A stretch of DNA of 63,799 bases, counting the filler, from Lama guanicoe (lineage: Eukaryota): assembly GCA_013239625.1 (NCBI GenBank). It is 79 parts of 72 records of this genome, joined end to end, with 100 filler letters (N's around TTAATTAATTAA, not from the genome) between each part and the next. Parts side by side here need not be neighbours in the genome. Positions count along the whole stretch, not along the records: positions 50,097 to 51,084 come from PNXV01002065.1; positions 51,185 to 51,880 come from MU053477.1; positions 51,981 to 52,347 come from MU053477.1; positions 52,448 to 52,889 come from PNXV01002072.1; positions 52,990 to 53,924 come from MU053479.1; positions 54,025 to 54,215 come from MU053481.1; positions 54,316 to 54,593 come from MU053481.1; positions 54,694 to 55,648 come from MU053485.1; 71 more parts are not named here. The stretch is one strand, 5' to 3'. The notes below the pieces were generated by a model, which was given only the letters and a program-made list of their open reading frames with translations, was not told where the DNA came from and searched no databases. Shown here piece after piece: positions 50,097 through 63,285 of the stretch (positions are counted from its first letter, which is position 1; the number at the start of each line of letters is the position of its first letter). Made by a program: the position numbers and the translations under genes.

Positions 50097-51084
50097 TCTC
50101 TCAGAACTGAGCATGTGGATAGACGTTCGTTCATTCAGCACAAAGTGAACGGGTTGAAGCAGAAACACTTACTCTGGTTTAACAGTCTGTTTCCTAGTGC
50201 CGGTTTGAAGTACCTGCCATTTTCACTGTCAAACCGAGTTGGAGCTTGTACCTCCCCATATAAAAAATGTACGGAATTGAGTTTGCAACTGAAAAGAAAC
50301 TATGTGTTCCCTTCAAGCTATGTGAAAGACGGCTTTCACACACACTTATCTCTCAAACTGAGCATGTGGAGAGATGTTCGTTCTTCCAACACAAAGGGAA
50401 CGGGTTGCAGGAGAAACCCTTACTCTGGTTTCTCAGTCTGTTTCCTAGTGACGGTGTGAAGTGCCAGCCGCTTTCACTGTAAAACCGAGTTGGAGCTTGC
50501 ACCTCCCCTTATATATGTATGGAGTGGAGTTTGCAACTGAAAAGAAACTTTGTGTCCCCTTCATGCTGGTTGAAGGACGGCTTTCACACACACTTATCTC
50601 TCAAACTGAGCATGTGTAGAGATGTTCGTTCTTCCAACACAAAGGGAACGGGTTGCAGGAGAAACCCTTACTCTGGTTTCTCAGTCTGTTTCCTAGTGCC
50701 ACTTTGAAGTGCCTGCCGCTTTCACTGTAAAACCGAGTTTGAGATTGCACCTCCCCATATATATGTATGGACTGGAGTTTGCAACTGAAAAGAAACTTTG
50801 TGTTCCCTTCAAGCTGGGTGAAGGACGGCTTTCACACACACTTATCTCTCAAACTGAGCATGTGGAGAGATGTTCGTTCATCCAACACAAAGTGAACGGG
50901 TTGCAGGAGAAACTCTTACTCTGGTTTCTCTGTCTGTTTCGTAGTGTCGGTTTGAAGTGCCTGCCGTTTTCACTGTAAAACCGAGTTGGAGCTTGTACCT
51001 CCCCATATATATGTATAGAGTGGAGTTCTTTACTCAAAAGAAACTATGTTTTCCCTTCAAGCTAGGTGAAGGACGGCTTTCACA
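50097..51084 (+). repeat. Satellite family B
   Basis: ccgagtt at 50234, 50485, 50733, 50981. Confidence 0.95.
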
Positions 51085-51184
51085 NNNNNNNNNNNNNNNN
51101 NNNNNNNNNNNNNNNNNNNNNNNNNNNNTTAATTAATTAANNNNNNNNNNNNNNNNNNNNNNNNNNNNNNNNNNNNNNNNNNNN

Positions 51185-51880
51185 CCCAGCACCGCCACCG
51201 TCACCACCACCACCAGCACCACCACCACCATCACAAGGGAAATCACCACTCCCGCCGACACGGCCGCCCCCGCCACCTCCATCACAGCCCCTCTGCCCAC
51301 CCCCTCCACGACAGGAACCACCGTGACAGCCACGGCACACCTGCGAACCACACCCACCCCGGCAGCCCCACAGAGTACCCCGGGCATCACTCCCCCAACC
51401 GCCTACTCCACGGGAGGCTCAAGCACATCTGCAGTTTCCTCGCCGCTCCCTAGCCCTGCTTCCCTGCAGACATCCAGAACCCTAGCTCCGTCTCCGGAGC
51501 CTTCGGGCACGCCCACCAGCACACCCACCACCCGCTCCACATCCACCAGCCCCACTGCCTCCTTGACCATCACCACTGACCTCACCTCCACACCCACTTT
51601 CTCCAGCCTGGCCCCCACCCCCACGCGTGTCATCCCGTCCTCCCCCACCGTCCACACCACAGCCGCAGCACTCAGTGCCCTCACCACCTCGGCCACGATG
51701 CCCGACACGACATCCGTGCCCCCAAGTACCCACCGCGCTGCCACTCCCTCCGTCACTGCAGCCGCTCCCGGAACCTCTGCAGCCTCCCCTTCCACGTCCA
51801 CCAGCAGTAGCAGGACCACCCCGCCCCAGGGGGCCACCGCTGCCTCCACCAGCACCAGCACCAGCACCAGCACCAGCACC
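51185..51880 (+). CDS. MUC3A: Partial PTS-domain exon of a membrane mucin, MUC3A/MUC3B-like (no start or stop in scaffold)
   Basis: 232 open codons, Thr/Ser/Pro-rich; LTITTDLTST..VIPSSPT..TSATMP matches the spacing of recalled MUC3A motifs TDLTST/VIPSSP/TSATTP. Confidence 0.6.
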
Positions 51881-51981
51881 NNNNNNNNNNNNNNNNNNNN
51901 NNNNNNNNNNNNNNNNNNNNNNNNTTAATTAATTAANNNNNNNNNNNNNNNNNNNNNNNNNNNNNNNNNNNNNNNNNNNNT

Positions 51982-52347
51982 AGCAGGACCACACCCCGCC
52001 AGGGGGCCACCGCTGCCTCCACCAGCACCAGCACCAGCACCAGCACCAGCACCAGCACCGGCCCTGGCCCCGGCACCAGCACACTGCACACGACCACGCT
52101 TACTCCCTCCAGTGACACGCCTGCACAGCCTTTCACGACAGACACTACTTCTCAGCCCCCAATCACATCATCGGTCACCCCCAGGCGCACCGCCAGCTCC
52201 CTGGCCTCCCACGCCTCCTCTCCAGTGACCACCGATGCCTTCACCTCAGCCACGAGCCTGCCTCTGTCTTCTCCTCCTGCCTCAAGCGCAGAGCCAGCCC
52301 CCACTTCCGCCCCGCACCCGAGCCCTCTCTCCACCTTGGTCACCACC
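51982..52347 (+). CDS. MUC3A: Second partial mucin PTS exon fragment, MUC3A-like (absent from ORF track, no ATG)
   Basis: Open frame SRTTPRQGATAAS(TS)n..TSTLHTTTLTP..PPITSSVT..AFTSATSLPLSS..PLSTLVTT. Confidence 0.6.
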
Positions 52348-52447
52348 NNNNNNNNNNNNNNNNNNNNNNNNNNNNNNNNNNNNNNNNNNNNTTAATTAAT
52401 TAANNNNNNNNNNNNNNNNNNNNNNNNNNNNNNNNNNNNNNNNNNNN

Positions 52448-52889
52448 GAACACAGAATTTAGAATATAGAGTACAGAATACTGAATATAGAATTTAAATA
52501 TGGAATGCAGAACACAGAATTTAGATTATAGAATAAAGGATGTAGAAGCAAGAATATAGAACATGGAATGCAGAACACAGAATTTAGAATATAGTATACA
52601 GAATACTGAATATAGAATTTGGAATATAGAAGGAAAAACACAGAATATATAATGGAGAATATGGAAAGCAGATTATAGAATACAGAATATAGAATTTAGA
52701 ACACAGAATGTAAAATATTGAAAACAGAATATAGAACCCAGAATTTAGAACATGGGATGCATAACACAGAATTTAGAATATATAGTATACAGATTACTGA
52801 ATATAGAATATAGAATAAAGAATGTAGAACACAGAATATTGAATAGAGAATACGGAATGCAGGATATAGTATACAGAATATAGAATTTA
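52448..52889 (+). repeat. Satellite family C
   Basis: Heptamer register. Confidence 0.93.
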
Positions 52890-54024
52890 NNNNNNNNNNN
52901 NNNNNNNNNNNNNNNNNNNNNNNNNNNNNNNNNTTAATTAATTAANNNNNNNNNNNNNNNNNNNNNNNNNNNNNNNNNNNNNNNNNNNNAGCTTGTGGTA
53001 GAATTTAAGAAGTAATTTTATCTATGGTTTTCTTTGTGCCGTTTTCAAAGCATTCCAATTGGTGCTTTCTTCTTCTCCCCTCAAGAGTCTACACTATATT
53101 TTCAAGTGAATATTTTATGTTTCTTTTTTGTACAAGCCAAAGACATGCTTACATCCTCAGGGTAGCACATAATGCAGTTCCAACTCTCAGCCCACAAACT
53201 CAATGTAGTTTAGTCATTTCATTATAGATCTGGCATCTGACTAATTTGACATATCTTTTTGTTTCACTGTTTCTGGAGATACGTCCAGGCAAATGCTTAT
53301 CAACCATATTAAATCCAACCTCAGAACTTTTACTCCAGCTCATCCTTGGGCAAAGGATATCCTCCTTTTACCTATTTAGATTTTCCCAGTCTCAGCACAG
53401 AAATCACCTCCTCCAGATATTTTCTGTCTATCCCCCTTTCCTTGTCTAACTTGGATACCAGCACANNNNNNNNNNNNNNNNNNNNNNNNNNNNNNNNNNN
53501 NNNNNNNNNNNNNNNNNNNNNNNNNNNNNNNNNNNNNNNNNNNNNNNNNNNNNNNNNNNNNNNNNNNNNNNNNNNNNNNNNNNNNNNNNNNNNNNNNNNN
53601 NNNNNNNNNNNNNNNNNNNNNNNNNNNNNNNNNNNNNNNNNNNNNNNNNNNNNNNNNNNNNNNNNNNNNNNNNNNNTTTCCTTCTTATGCTTCCAGAGGC
53701 ATAAAGCATTCCATTCTCATTTGCTGGATTTTTTCCTGTCACTTCATCATCCGTCCACCTCAAAATAGCTGATATTCTTCCCTATACCAATAACTATACT
53801 GTTTTCTAATTAATTGACTTCTTAGAATCAGAGCTTTGTCCAGAAGAGTCTCTGCCATTGCAAACATTTATTGTGGATTTATACACCCCAAATAAATTGT
53901 GCCCATTCTAACATTCACACAAGANNNNNNNNNNNNNNNNNNNNNNNNNNNNNNNNNNNNNNNNNNNNTTAATTAATTAANNNNNNNNNNNNNNNNNNNN
54001 NNNNNNNNNNNNNNNNNNNNNNNN

Positions 54025-54593
54025 TGTGGAATTGTCTCTCGAGCTCCCCCACGCACTGACAATGGTTCCGGAAATCAGACCGTGGGGAGGTTCCACCAAC
54101 GGTCGGCAGCACGTGGGTTCTAACGGAATGCCTAAACTCGTCTCCCCTGAGGGTTTTCCTAATATCTCTGTGCCAGGGAATGCTAGGGGGGTTTGCAGGA
54201 AATCCCAGGGACAGANNNNNNNNNNNNNNNNNNNNNNNNNNNNNNNNNNNNNNNNNNNNTTAATTAATTAANNNNNNNNNNNNNNNNNNNNNNNNNNNNN
54301 NNNNNNNNNNNNNNNGACAGAGGCTGCCTCCCCAAGGTCAGGGAAGTTATTTCTCGGACTTCCCCGAAGAAGGAACACCTGTGACTGAAGAGAGCTGCGT
54401 GGAGTTGTCTCTCGGGCTCCCCCACGCACTGACAATGGTTCCGGAATCCTCACCGAGGGGAGGTACCTCCATTGGTCGGCAGCACGCGGGTTCTAACGGA
54501 ATGCCTAAGCTCGGCTTCCCTGAGAATTTCCCTAATCTCTCTGTGCCAGGGAAAGCTTGGGGGATTTGCAGGAATTGCCAGTGTCAGAGGCTG
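54025..54593 (-). repeat. Satellite family A (scaffolds 54025-54215 and 54316-54593)
   Basis: Match to the family A monomer. Confidence 0.93.
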
Positions 54594-54693
54594 NNNNNNN
54601 NNNNNNNNNNNNNNNNNNNNNNNNNNNNNNNNNNNNNTTAATTAATTAANNNNNNNNNNNNNNNNNNNNNNNNNNNNNNNNNNNNNNNNNNNN

Positions 54694-55648
54694 AAAAGGG
54701 ATCCAAATTAGAAAAGAAGAGGTAAAAGTGTCACTATATGCAAATAACATGATACTATATATAGAAAACTCTAAAAGGTCCACACAAAAACTACTAGAAA
54801 TAATCGAAGAATTCAGCAAAGTAGCTGGTTACAAGATTAACGTTCAAAAATCAGTTGCATTTCTTTACACTAACGATGAATCAACAGAAAAAGAAAGTAA
54901 AGAAACAATCCCCTTTAAAATAGCACCCAAAGTGATAAAATACCTAGGAATAAATCTAACCAAGGAGGTGAAAGACTNNNNNNNNNNNNNNNNNNNNNNN
55001 NNNNNNNNNNNNNNNNNNNNNNNNNNNNNNNNNNNNNNNNNNNNNNNNNNNNNNNNNNNNNNNNNNNNNNNNNNNNNNNNNNNNNNNNNNNNNNNNNNNN
55101 NNNNNNNNNNNNNNNNNNNNNNNNNNNNNNNNNNNNNNNNNNNNNNNNNNNNNNNNNNNNNNNNNNNNNNNNNNNNNNNNNNNNNNNNNNNNNNNNNNNN
55201 NNNNNNNNNNNNNNNNNNNNNNNNNNNNNNNNNNNNNNNNNNNNNNNNNNNNNNNNNNNNNNNNNNNNNNNNNNNNNNNNNNNNNNNNNNNNNNNNNNNN
55301 NNNNNNNNNNNNNNNNNNNNNNNNNNNNNNNNNNNNNNNNNNNNNNNNNNNNNNNNNNNNNNNNNNNNNNNNNNNNNNNNNNNNNNNNNNNNNNNNNNNN
55401 NNNNNNNNNNNNNNNNNNNNNNNNNNNNNNNNNNNNNNNNNNNNNNNNNNNNNNNNNNNNNNNNNNNNNNNNNNNNNNNNNNNNNNNNNNNNNNNNNNNN
55501 NNNNNNNNNNNNNNNNNNNNNNNNNNNNNNNNNNNNNNNNNNNNNAAACTCAAAACAAAGACTTAAACATAGGACAAGATACAATAAACCTCCTAGAATA
55601 AAATAGAGGCAAAACATTATCTGACATACATCTCAAAAATGTTCTCCT
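54694..55648 (+). mobile_element. Young L1 ORF2 fragment (gapped)
   Basis: [45 protein letters not shown]. Confidence 0.95.
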
Positions 55649-55954
55649 NNNNNNNNNNNNNNNNNNNNNNNNNNNNNNNNNNNNNNNNNNNNTTAATTAA
55701 TTAANNNNNNNNNNNNNNNNNNNNNNNNNNNNNNNNNNNNNNNNNNNNAAGCTCTGCAGAGGGCCCACTGGAGCTGAACTTCAAAGGCTGGATTTGGATG
55801 AACACAAGGAAGCCAAGTGGACATTCCAGGTGGGAGGACATCGAGGGCAGAGGCTGGGCGTTGCACATTAGCGGCAGAGTAATACAGGGCTAGGACGTAA
55901 ACCCCATGTTCTGGAGGCATGGGGATTTAGGCTGAAGAGAGGAAAGCAAGTACT

Positions 55955-56548
55955 GTTCATTCATTCAGGGAGTAATTTAAACCAACCCTTGTGTTCCCAT
56001 GCACAGATCCAAGGTACGAAAACCACCAATGGTGACCAAGAACCGTATTCTTGGAGCTGACTTCCTAATTAGGAAAAATGTGTCAATACCCGCCTGGATA
56101 TATATAAAATTGCAACTGAGCTGAATGCTCTGAAGGCCAGGCCGGTGGTTCTAGGAGGTCATAGACAGACCTGAGACAGGGAAGGCTTTCCTAAAATAAT
56201 GCTTCTGCTGAGAGACAAGAGTAAGTAAAGGACGGAGTGGGCAGAACATAACGGGCAGGAGAAACAGCATGTGCAGGCTGGGGAAGAAGCAGCATGTTAG
56301 GTGGGCCCTGTGGCCGGTGAGGAGGCAGCAAAGGGCGAGAGTGGTACAAGGTGAGGGTGGGGAGAGGGGTCCAGGCTTGGACCAAACAGGACATGAACAT
56401 CGTGGTGAGAATTTTGGCATTTTATACTCAGACTCATGAACAGTGTGTGTGTGTGTGTGTGTGTGTCTGTGTGTGTGCATGTGTGTGTGTGTGAGAGACA
56501 GAGAGAGAGAGACATGACCACATTCTGTTTTAAAAGGATCACTCTGGA
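55955..56548 (-). mobile_element. L2 relic with (GT)n/(GA)n microsatellite
   Basis: ttcattcattca start; agggaaggctttcct; gagaaacagcatgtgca; ttttaaaaggatcactctgg. Confidence 0.65.
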
Positions 56549-56728
56549 NNNNNNNNNNNNNNNNNNNNNNNNNNNNNNNNNNNNNNNNNNNNTTAATTAA
56601 TTAANNNNNNNNNNNNNNNNNNNNNNNNNNNNNNNNNNNNNNNNNNNNAAATTTCCTGCAGAAAGACAAAAGGTAGTTTCAGAAGACACACATAATCACT
56701 CTGTAACTTCATCCTCATGTTAATTTCT

Positions 56729-56857
56729 TTTTTCTGTTTTTTTGTGGAGGGGGCATAATTAGGTTTATTTATTTGTTTTTAAATGGAGGCATTGGGGATT
56801 GAACCCTGGACCTTATGCATGCTAGGCATGCACTCTACCACTGAGCTATACCCTCCC
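56729..56857 (-). mobile_element. tRNA-derived SINE (camelid vic-1-like) with target-site duplication
   Basis: GGGAGGGTATAGCTCAGTGGTAGAG..GGTTCAATCCCC; flanks tcatgttaatttct (56715-56728) and tcatattaatttct (56862-56875). Confidence 0.9.
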
Positions 56858-57415
56858 TCCATCATATTAATTTCTGATTGTAAACCAAGGGGGCTTTAAG
56901 TATAAACCTCTGACTCAATTCACGCTTAAAACATGTGTTTTCATAGCATCCCCCAAATTCTACCGTGAAATAAGAAGTATTTTACGTATCATAGGAGTAC
57001 AGATCACTGGTTCACCTGCTGAAGAGAGATAAATGAGAACAGAGCAAAGGAGGGGACGAGGTCGACTCTGGAGCAGATGCAGGGGATCATCACCACTCAC
57101 TGGACAGTCTGGCACATTCAACAAATCCCCCCAAAGATCATTCTTAACAGGCTTGACACAAGTGGACATCAACAAATGGCTCAGTCATCTGCTCCTGCCT
57201 TATCTCGGGAACTTCCCTGAAGCAAATGCATCGTAAACCACAGATAATAAGGAAATGTCTGATAATAATAACAACTGGGAGTGCAATTTCCCTCTGAAAA
57301 AATATTTATAAAACTNNNNNNNNNNNNNNNNNNNNNNNNNNNNNNNNNNNNNNNNNNNNTTAATTAATTAANNNNNNNNNNNNNNNNNNNNNNNNNNNNN
57401 NNNNNNNNNNNNNNN

Positions 57416-57670
57416 CTTTTCAAGTTAGAGTTCTCTCTGGATTTATGCCCAGGAGTGGGACTGCAGGATCATATGGTAAGTCTATTTCTAGTCTTTTGAA
57501 GAATCTCCATACTGTTTTCCATAATGGCTGCACCAAACTGCAGTCCCACCAGCAGTGTAGGAGGGTTGCATCTTCTCCACACCCTCTCCAGCATTTATTG
57601 TTTATAGACTTTTGAATGATGGTCATTCTGACTGGTGTGAGGTGGTACCTCATTATAGTTTTGATTTGTA
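57416..57670 (-). mobile_element. L1 ORF2 C-terminal Cys-rich fragment
   Basis: [42 protein letters not shown]. Confidence 0.95.
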
Positions 57671-58524
57671 ACTAACAGCATTTGATGCTTCTAGTGTTTT
57701 TTCTTTTTCTAAATATACTTTTATTAAAGTATATAGTTAAATTGAGACTCAAAAATCAAATGAAATGAATTATCATTGATAGGATTTCAATGCAAACTCC
57801 ACAGTCAGGACTAGAGTATCTGCTCTGGAGTAACACAAGAATGAGAATAAGGAGGTGTAGTCAGGGAAGGAAAGAGAGAGAAGTTCAGAGAGTGGTGGCT
57901 GTGAGCCTGTAGAAAACACAGCTTCCCATTCACAGCCTCTCCACCCTTAGTGCTGTCCCAGGCTGCATGCTGAAGGAAACTTTAAAAAATCTTGTGACAA
58001 TTGATGTTCATTTATTCTTTCATATGTCAACCTCAAAAACTATATTATGCCACAATGAAGCAAAATCAGGATGAATTTTTTATCATTCTCTCTTCTCAGA
58101 ATTTTATTGAATATCCATAGCAGTGTGGATTTTGTTTACTTTTTAATTGTAGGTGGATATGATTTTTCTAAGCTTTCTCAAGAAGAAGGTTGGGCACAGG
58201 CAGGTATTCAATATGTAGGCTGTCCAGAGTCTGTAATGTGTATATAAAGATACAGATACACATGTAGTGATATATATTTTTCAGTGAATTGTAAGTGATT
58301 TACATGTTGTGTCAGTTTCTGGGNNNNNNNNNNNNNNNNNNNNNNNNNNNNNNNNNNNNNNNNNNNNTTAATTAATTAANNNNNNNNNNNNNNNNNNNNN
58401 NNNNNNNNNNNNNNNNNNNNNNNTGGAATTTCCACTTGGCTTCCTTGTGTCCTCCGAAATCCAGCCTTTGGATTTCAACTCCAGTGTCCCCTCTGCAGAG
58501 CTTCTGAAAACCATGTTGTTTAAG

Positions 58525-58700
58525 GGGGTGAGAAGGGATAAATTGGGAGTTGGAAGTTTGCCCTTTTCAGGGAGTGATGGAAATGTTATGTGGTGACGGT
58601 TTCCTCGGTGTATCTGTCTATCAAAATTCATCAAATTGTACATCTGAAATATGTGCAGTTTCCTCTACAGAAATTATACCACAATAAAGTTATTTTAAAA
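58525..58700 (+). mobile_element. Old L1 3' end
   Basis: gatggaaatgtt..tcaaaattcatcaaattgtaca..aattataccacaataaag. Confidence 0.7.
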
Positions 58701-60224
58701 AATAATTTATAAAAACCACATTGGTCTTCATAGCTTTAGCATCCTTCTCTGTGCAAGTTTCGATCTCAGCACCTCATTTCAAAATTCCATATTTAATGAA
58801 CAGAGGCTATGAATCCAAGGTAACCACTGTGGCATAGTCTACATTGTTCCTTTTATTTCTGATTTATTAATATGAATTGACATTTTTAAAGCATATTGTA
58901 TTACACAGGCACAAAACTTGGCCAACCCAAGTGCTGGTTACAGTGAAAGTTGAAAGGAATTTCAAAATTTCATTTAAAAATTTCAGCTTTATAGAAGGGA
59001 ATTAAATGATTGGAACTTTAATAAATTCTGGCATTTAGTGAATTGCTCTTTCTTTTTCAGTGTTGAGAATTAAATGGTGATTAGATGTATTAAAAAACTT
59101 GTTTGCCTTGGCCAAACAAGAAGGCATTTTCACAGCAGATACATGGAAACATATAGATTAGGGCTATACATAATGTTCTGTTGAAAAATTGGATTGGANN
59201 NNNNNNNNNNNNNNNNNNNNNNNNNNNNNNNNNNNNNNNNNNTTAATTAATTAANNNNNNNNNNNNNNNNNNNNNNNNNNNNNNNNNNNNNNNNNNNNTC
59301 TTTTCTTCCATATAAAGTCTACATAAAGCAATTCAGTCTTTGTAAGTATTTCTGTCAATGAGGGCCACTAGAGAAAAACAAGTAACATCATTAGAAGTGG
59401 TTGGACTTTCAAAGCCCACTTCTCTTTTGCACTATAATTATTTTTAATGTTTCGTTTTTAGTGCTTACAGAGCACTAAAATAAAAAAAANNNNNNNNNNN
59501 NNNNNNNNNNNNNNNNNNNNNNNNNNNNNNNNNTTAATTAATTAANNNNNNNNNNNNNNNNNNNNNNNNNNNNNNNNNNNNNNNNNNNNCATGAGCATCT
59601 CATGTAAGTCCTCCATTTGCGTTTCTCACTCTCCCCTCACCACCCCCTCTAAGGGAAGCACTGCTATCATCTTCCCCACCCGCACACAAGGCCACTGAGG
59701 CACAGAGACTAAACCCGTTCCAGGTTACAGTGGCATTAAAGGACGTCTGTATTTCTGCTGTTTTGCTTTTGACAAAGGAACCTGAGATATCAATTCAAGG
59801 GAGAATGTTGAATAATCAAGTCTGTCAGGTCTTCACCTCAAAGAGCAGATGCTATAAATTCCTGATGTAGGATGAGGCTGCCGCTACAAATTGGCTCAGC
59901 TTGAATTTAATATCCAAGATGAAGCAGCGGATACACGTAAATATTCACGACTGTCAACTCCGCTCACGGGTCTGGGCCCTTTACTGCCTGAACGGGGGTG
60001 AAATCCCCACCCGTGTCTGGGAGGGAAGCGCGGCTCTTTCTGGTCTCACCCAGGATTCACGGGCTATTCCCCCCCCACACTGGCCTCAACGATTAAAAGC
60101 TGTCAAGATTTTTACACCATGCAANNNNNNNNNNNNNNNNNNNNNNNNNNNNNNNNNNNNNNNNNNNNTTAATTAATTAANNNNNNNNNNNNNNNNNNNN
60201 NNNNNNNNNNNNNNNNNNNNNNNN

Positions 60225-60511
60225 TGGGTTCTCTATTCTCTATTCTCTATTCTATATTCTGGTTTCTACATTCAATATTCTAAATCCTATATCCAGTATA
60301 CTCTATTCTATAATCTAATTTCTGTGTTCTTCATTCCAAGTTCTAAATCTTTATTCAGTATTCTGTATGCTGTATCTAAATTTTATGTTCTGCATTTCAT
60401 GTTCTATATTCTGTGTTCTGAATTCTGTTTTCCATATTCTATATTCTGTGTTCTACATTCTATTTTCTGTATTCTATATTATGCATTCCTTATTCTATAT
60501 TCTATATTCTG
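60225..60511 (-). repeat. Satellite family C (reverse orientation)
   Basis: (atattct/gtgttct)n. Confidence 0.92.
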
Positions 60512-60611
60512 NNNNNNNNNNNNNNNNNNNNNNNNNNNNNNNNNNNNNNNNNNNNTTAATTAATTAANNNNNNNNNNNNNNNNNNNNNNNNNNNNNNNNN
60601 NNNNNNNNNNN

Positions 60612-61609
60612 GAATACAGAATACTGAATATAGATTTTAGAACATGGAATGCAGGACCCAGAATGTAGAATATAGAATACGGAATACTGAAAATAGAATT
60701 TAGAATGTATAATATAGAACACAGAATATAGAATATAGAATTGAGAATATAGAACCCAGAATTTAGAACATGGAATGCAGAACACAGAATTTAGTATATA
60801 GAATACAGAACACTAAATATAGAATTTACAATATAGAATGTAGAACACAGAGTATACAATATAGAATACGGAATACTGAATATAGAATTTAGAATGTAGA
60901 ATACAAAGTATAGAATATAGAATATGGAATACTGAATATAGAATATAGAATACAGGAAACAGAATATAGAATATAGAACACAGAATATAGAATATAGAAT
61001 ACGGAATGCAAAATATAGAATACAGAATATAGAATGTACAACACAGAATGAAGAATATGGAAAACAGAATACAGAACCGAGAATTTAGAACATGGAATTC
61101 AAAACACAGAGTTTTGAATATAGCATACAGAATACTGAATATAGAATATTGAATATACAATGTAGAACACAGAATATAGAATATAGTCTAGAGAATATAG
61201 AAGCCAGAATTTTGAACATGGAATGTAGAACACAGGATTTAGAATATAGAATAGACAATATAGAACCCAGAAATTAGAAGATGGAATGTAGAACACAGGA
61301 TTTATAATATACAATACAGAATACTGAATATCGAATTTAGAATATAGAATGTAGAACACAGAATATAAGGATAAGGAATGTAGAATATAGAATACAGAAT
61401 ATAGAATGTAGAACACAAAATATAGAATATGGAAAAAAGAATACATATCCCAGAATTTAGAACATGGAATGCAGAACACAGAATCTAGAATATAAAATAC
61501 ACAATACTGAATATAAGATTTAGAATATAGAATAAAAAACACAGAATATAGAGTATAGATTACGGAATGCAGAATATAGTATGTAGAATATAGAATGAAA
61601 ATCACATAT
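60612..61609 (+). repeat. Satellite family C
   Basis: catggaat at 60643, 60769, 61091, 61217, 61463. Confidence 0.93.
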
Positions 61610-61709
61610 NNNNNNNNNNNNNNNNNNNNNNNNNNNNNNNNNNNNNNNNNNNNTTAATTAATTAANNNNNNNNNNNNNNNNNNNNNNNNNNNNNNNNNNN
61701 NNNNNNNNN

Positions 61710-62253
61710 CTCTTCTGTGCTGCTCCCAGCACCTGTCGGCAAGCCGATCGCGCCTCCTTCTAACACAAGGTCAGATGCAGCTCTCCTCTGCTTTGGGCGG
61801 GCGGGTCACTGCCCCTCCGGATGCCGCAGTCAGATTTTGCAGACTGGCCAGGTAGGAGGGCGGGTCGTGCCCCCTCCCAGCACCTCGGTCAGGGGCTGTG
61901 TTCAGGGGCTGTGTTCCTGCCCGACAGGCGGGGGGGTGGCGCTCTCCCTCTGCCTGCGCCGCAGGTAGCTCCGCTGCTCTGTGCAGCTGCGCGCTCCGCC
62001 CTGGCCGAGCTCGGCGGGTTGGCTTGGGGAAGACCGAGGGGCAGCCTCATCCCTGCTCCGAGCCAAGACATAGCTGCTTGTTTGTCTTTGTGGAGCAAGT
62101 TCTCTGGAGGACTAGAATGGAAGGATCCTATCTGCCCCGGGCTGTAGGCCCGTCTCAGTCTGGCCCTTGAGGTTGCTAAGCCCTTTGGTGTGGACACAGG
62201 TTTGGCCTCTGCCCCCGCCTGGGTGCTCAGCGCTGGAGAATATGGCGGCTCTG
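61710..62253 (-). mobile_element. CpG-rich fragment, probably a young L1 5' UTR (internal promoter)
   Basis: GC/CpG-rich, no credible ORF, atatggcggc near the end; a genic CpG island is the alternative. Confidence 0.45.
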
Positions 62254-62353
62254 NNNNNNNNNNNNNNNNNNNNNNNNNNNNNNNNNNNNNNNNNNNNTTA
62301 ATTAATTAANNNNNNNNNNNNNNNNNNNNNNNNNNNNNNNNNNNNNNNNNNNN

Positions 62354-62767
62354 GAGTCTGGCTTCAGTGAGCACTTCATTCCAAGTTGCAGAGCTACCTC
62401 CTTTCATAAAGATGTGAGAAATTTACATTTCCTTTGAACAAAGCCAATTAACCAACACAAATGGCCACAGAGATTACCAGGTGAATTTAGGATGAACCAT
62501 GTGTGAGACAAATGGTGCTGTTAAGTACTCTTATTTGAGGACTAGTTATTGGTTGTCTTAGCACAGGTATGTAAGGGGTCGTATCTGCCCAGCTACATAG
62601 AAAGTTGAATTTTCTTTGTGTCTTTGCAGTCTCTTCAAAGGCTACCTATAATGCTCATCACATTCTGGTTTAATGTTTATTCAGTAATAAAATTGCTTTC
62701 TTTCCCTACATTTGTGAAGAGGTTTTTCTGGGTTGGGAGGAAATTTTTTAAATTTTATTTCCCAACA
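62354..62767 (+). mobile_element. Ancient ERV1-type LTR 3' part
   Basis: AATAAA near 62685; terminus ttttctgggttgggagga..ttatttcccaaCA. Confidence 0.5.
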
Positions 62768-63285
62768 TAGTATACTCTGTTCAGAGGCAACTATTTTTTT
62801 AACTGAGGTCAAACCTTAAAGATTATGTCACTGAAAAATTGGCCACTGCACCCTGAAAAGCAGATTCAAACTTGGAGGTACAGTTTTGGTAGCAAGGNNN
62901 NNNNNNNNNNNNNNNNNNNNNNNNNNNNNNNNNNNNNNNNNNNNNNNNNNNNNNNNNNNNNNNNNNNNNNNNNNNNNNNNNNNNNNNNNNNNNNNNNNNN
63001 NNNNNNNNNNNNNNNNNNNNNNNNNNNNNNNNNNNNNNNNNNNNNNNNNNNNNNNNNNNNNNNNNNNNNNNNNNNNNNNNNNNNNNNNNNNNNNNNNNNN
63101 NTTGCAGATTACTGATATCTCCTTCTTGGAGCATACTCTTTGGGTTAAAGTTATTCTCAGTAAAGAATGAATCAGAAAACAGCTTNNNNNNNNNNNNNNN
63201 NNNNNNNNNNNNNNNNNNNNNNNNNNNNNTTAATTAATTAANNNNNNNNNNNNNNNNNNNNNNNNNNNNNNNNNNNNNNNNNNNN

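Noticed and set aside
54728..55617. Long ORFs (200-290 aa) here and at 15581, 16850, 25276
   Set aside because: Length comes from N runs; the real parts are L1 or satellite
56790..56857. tRNA gene (also 38925-38992)
   Set aside because: Degenerate stems, AT-rich tail and target-site duplication indicate a SINE
60612..61609. Heat-shock element array in the GAA-rich satellite
   Set aside because: GAA units are head-to-tail at 7-bp spacing, not alternating inverted nGAAn pentamers
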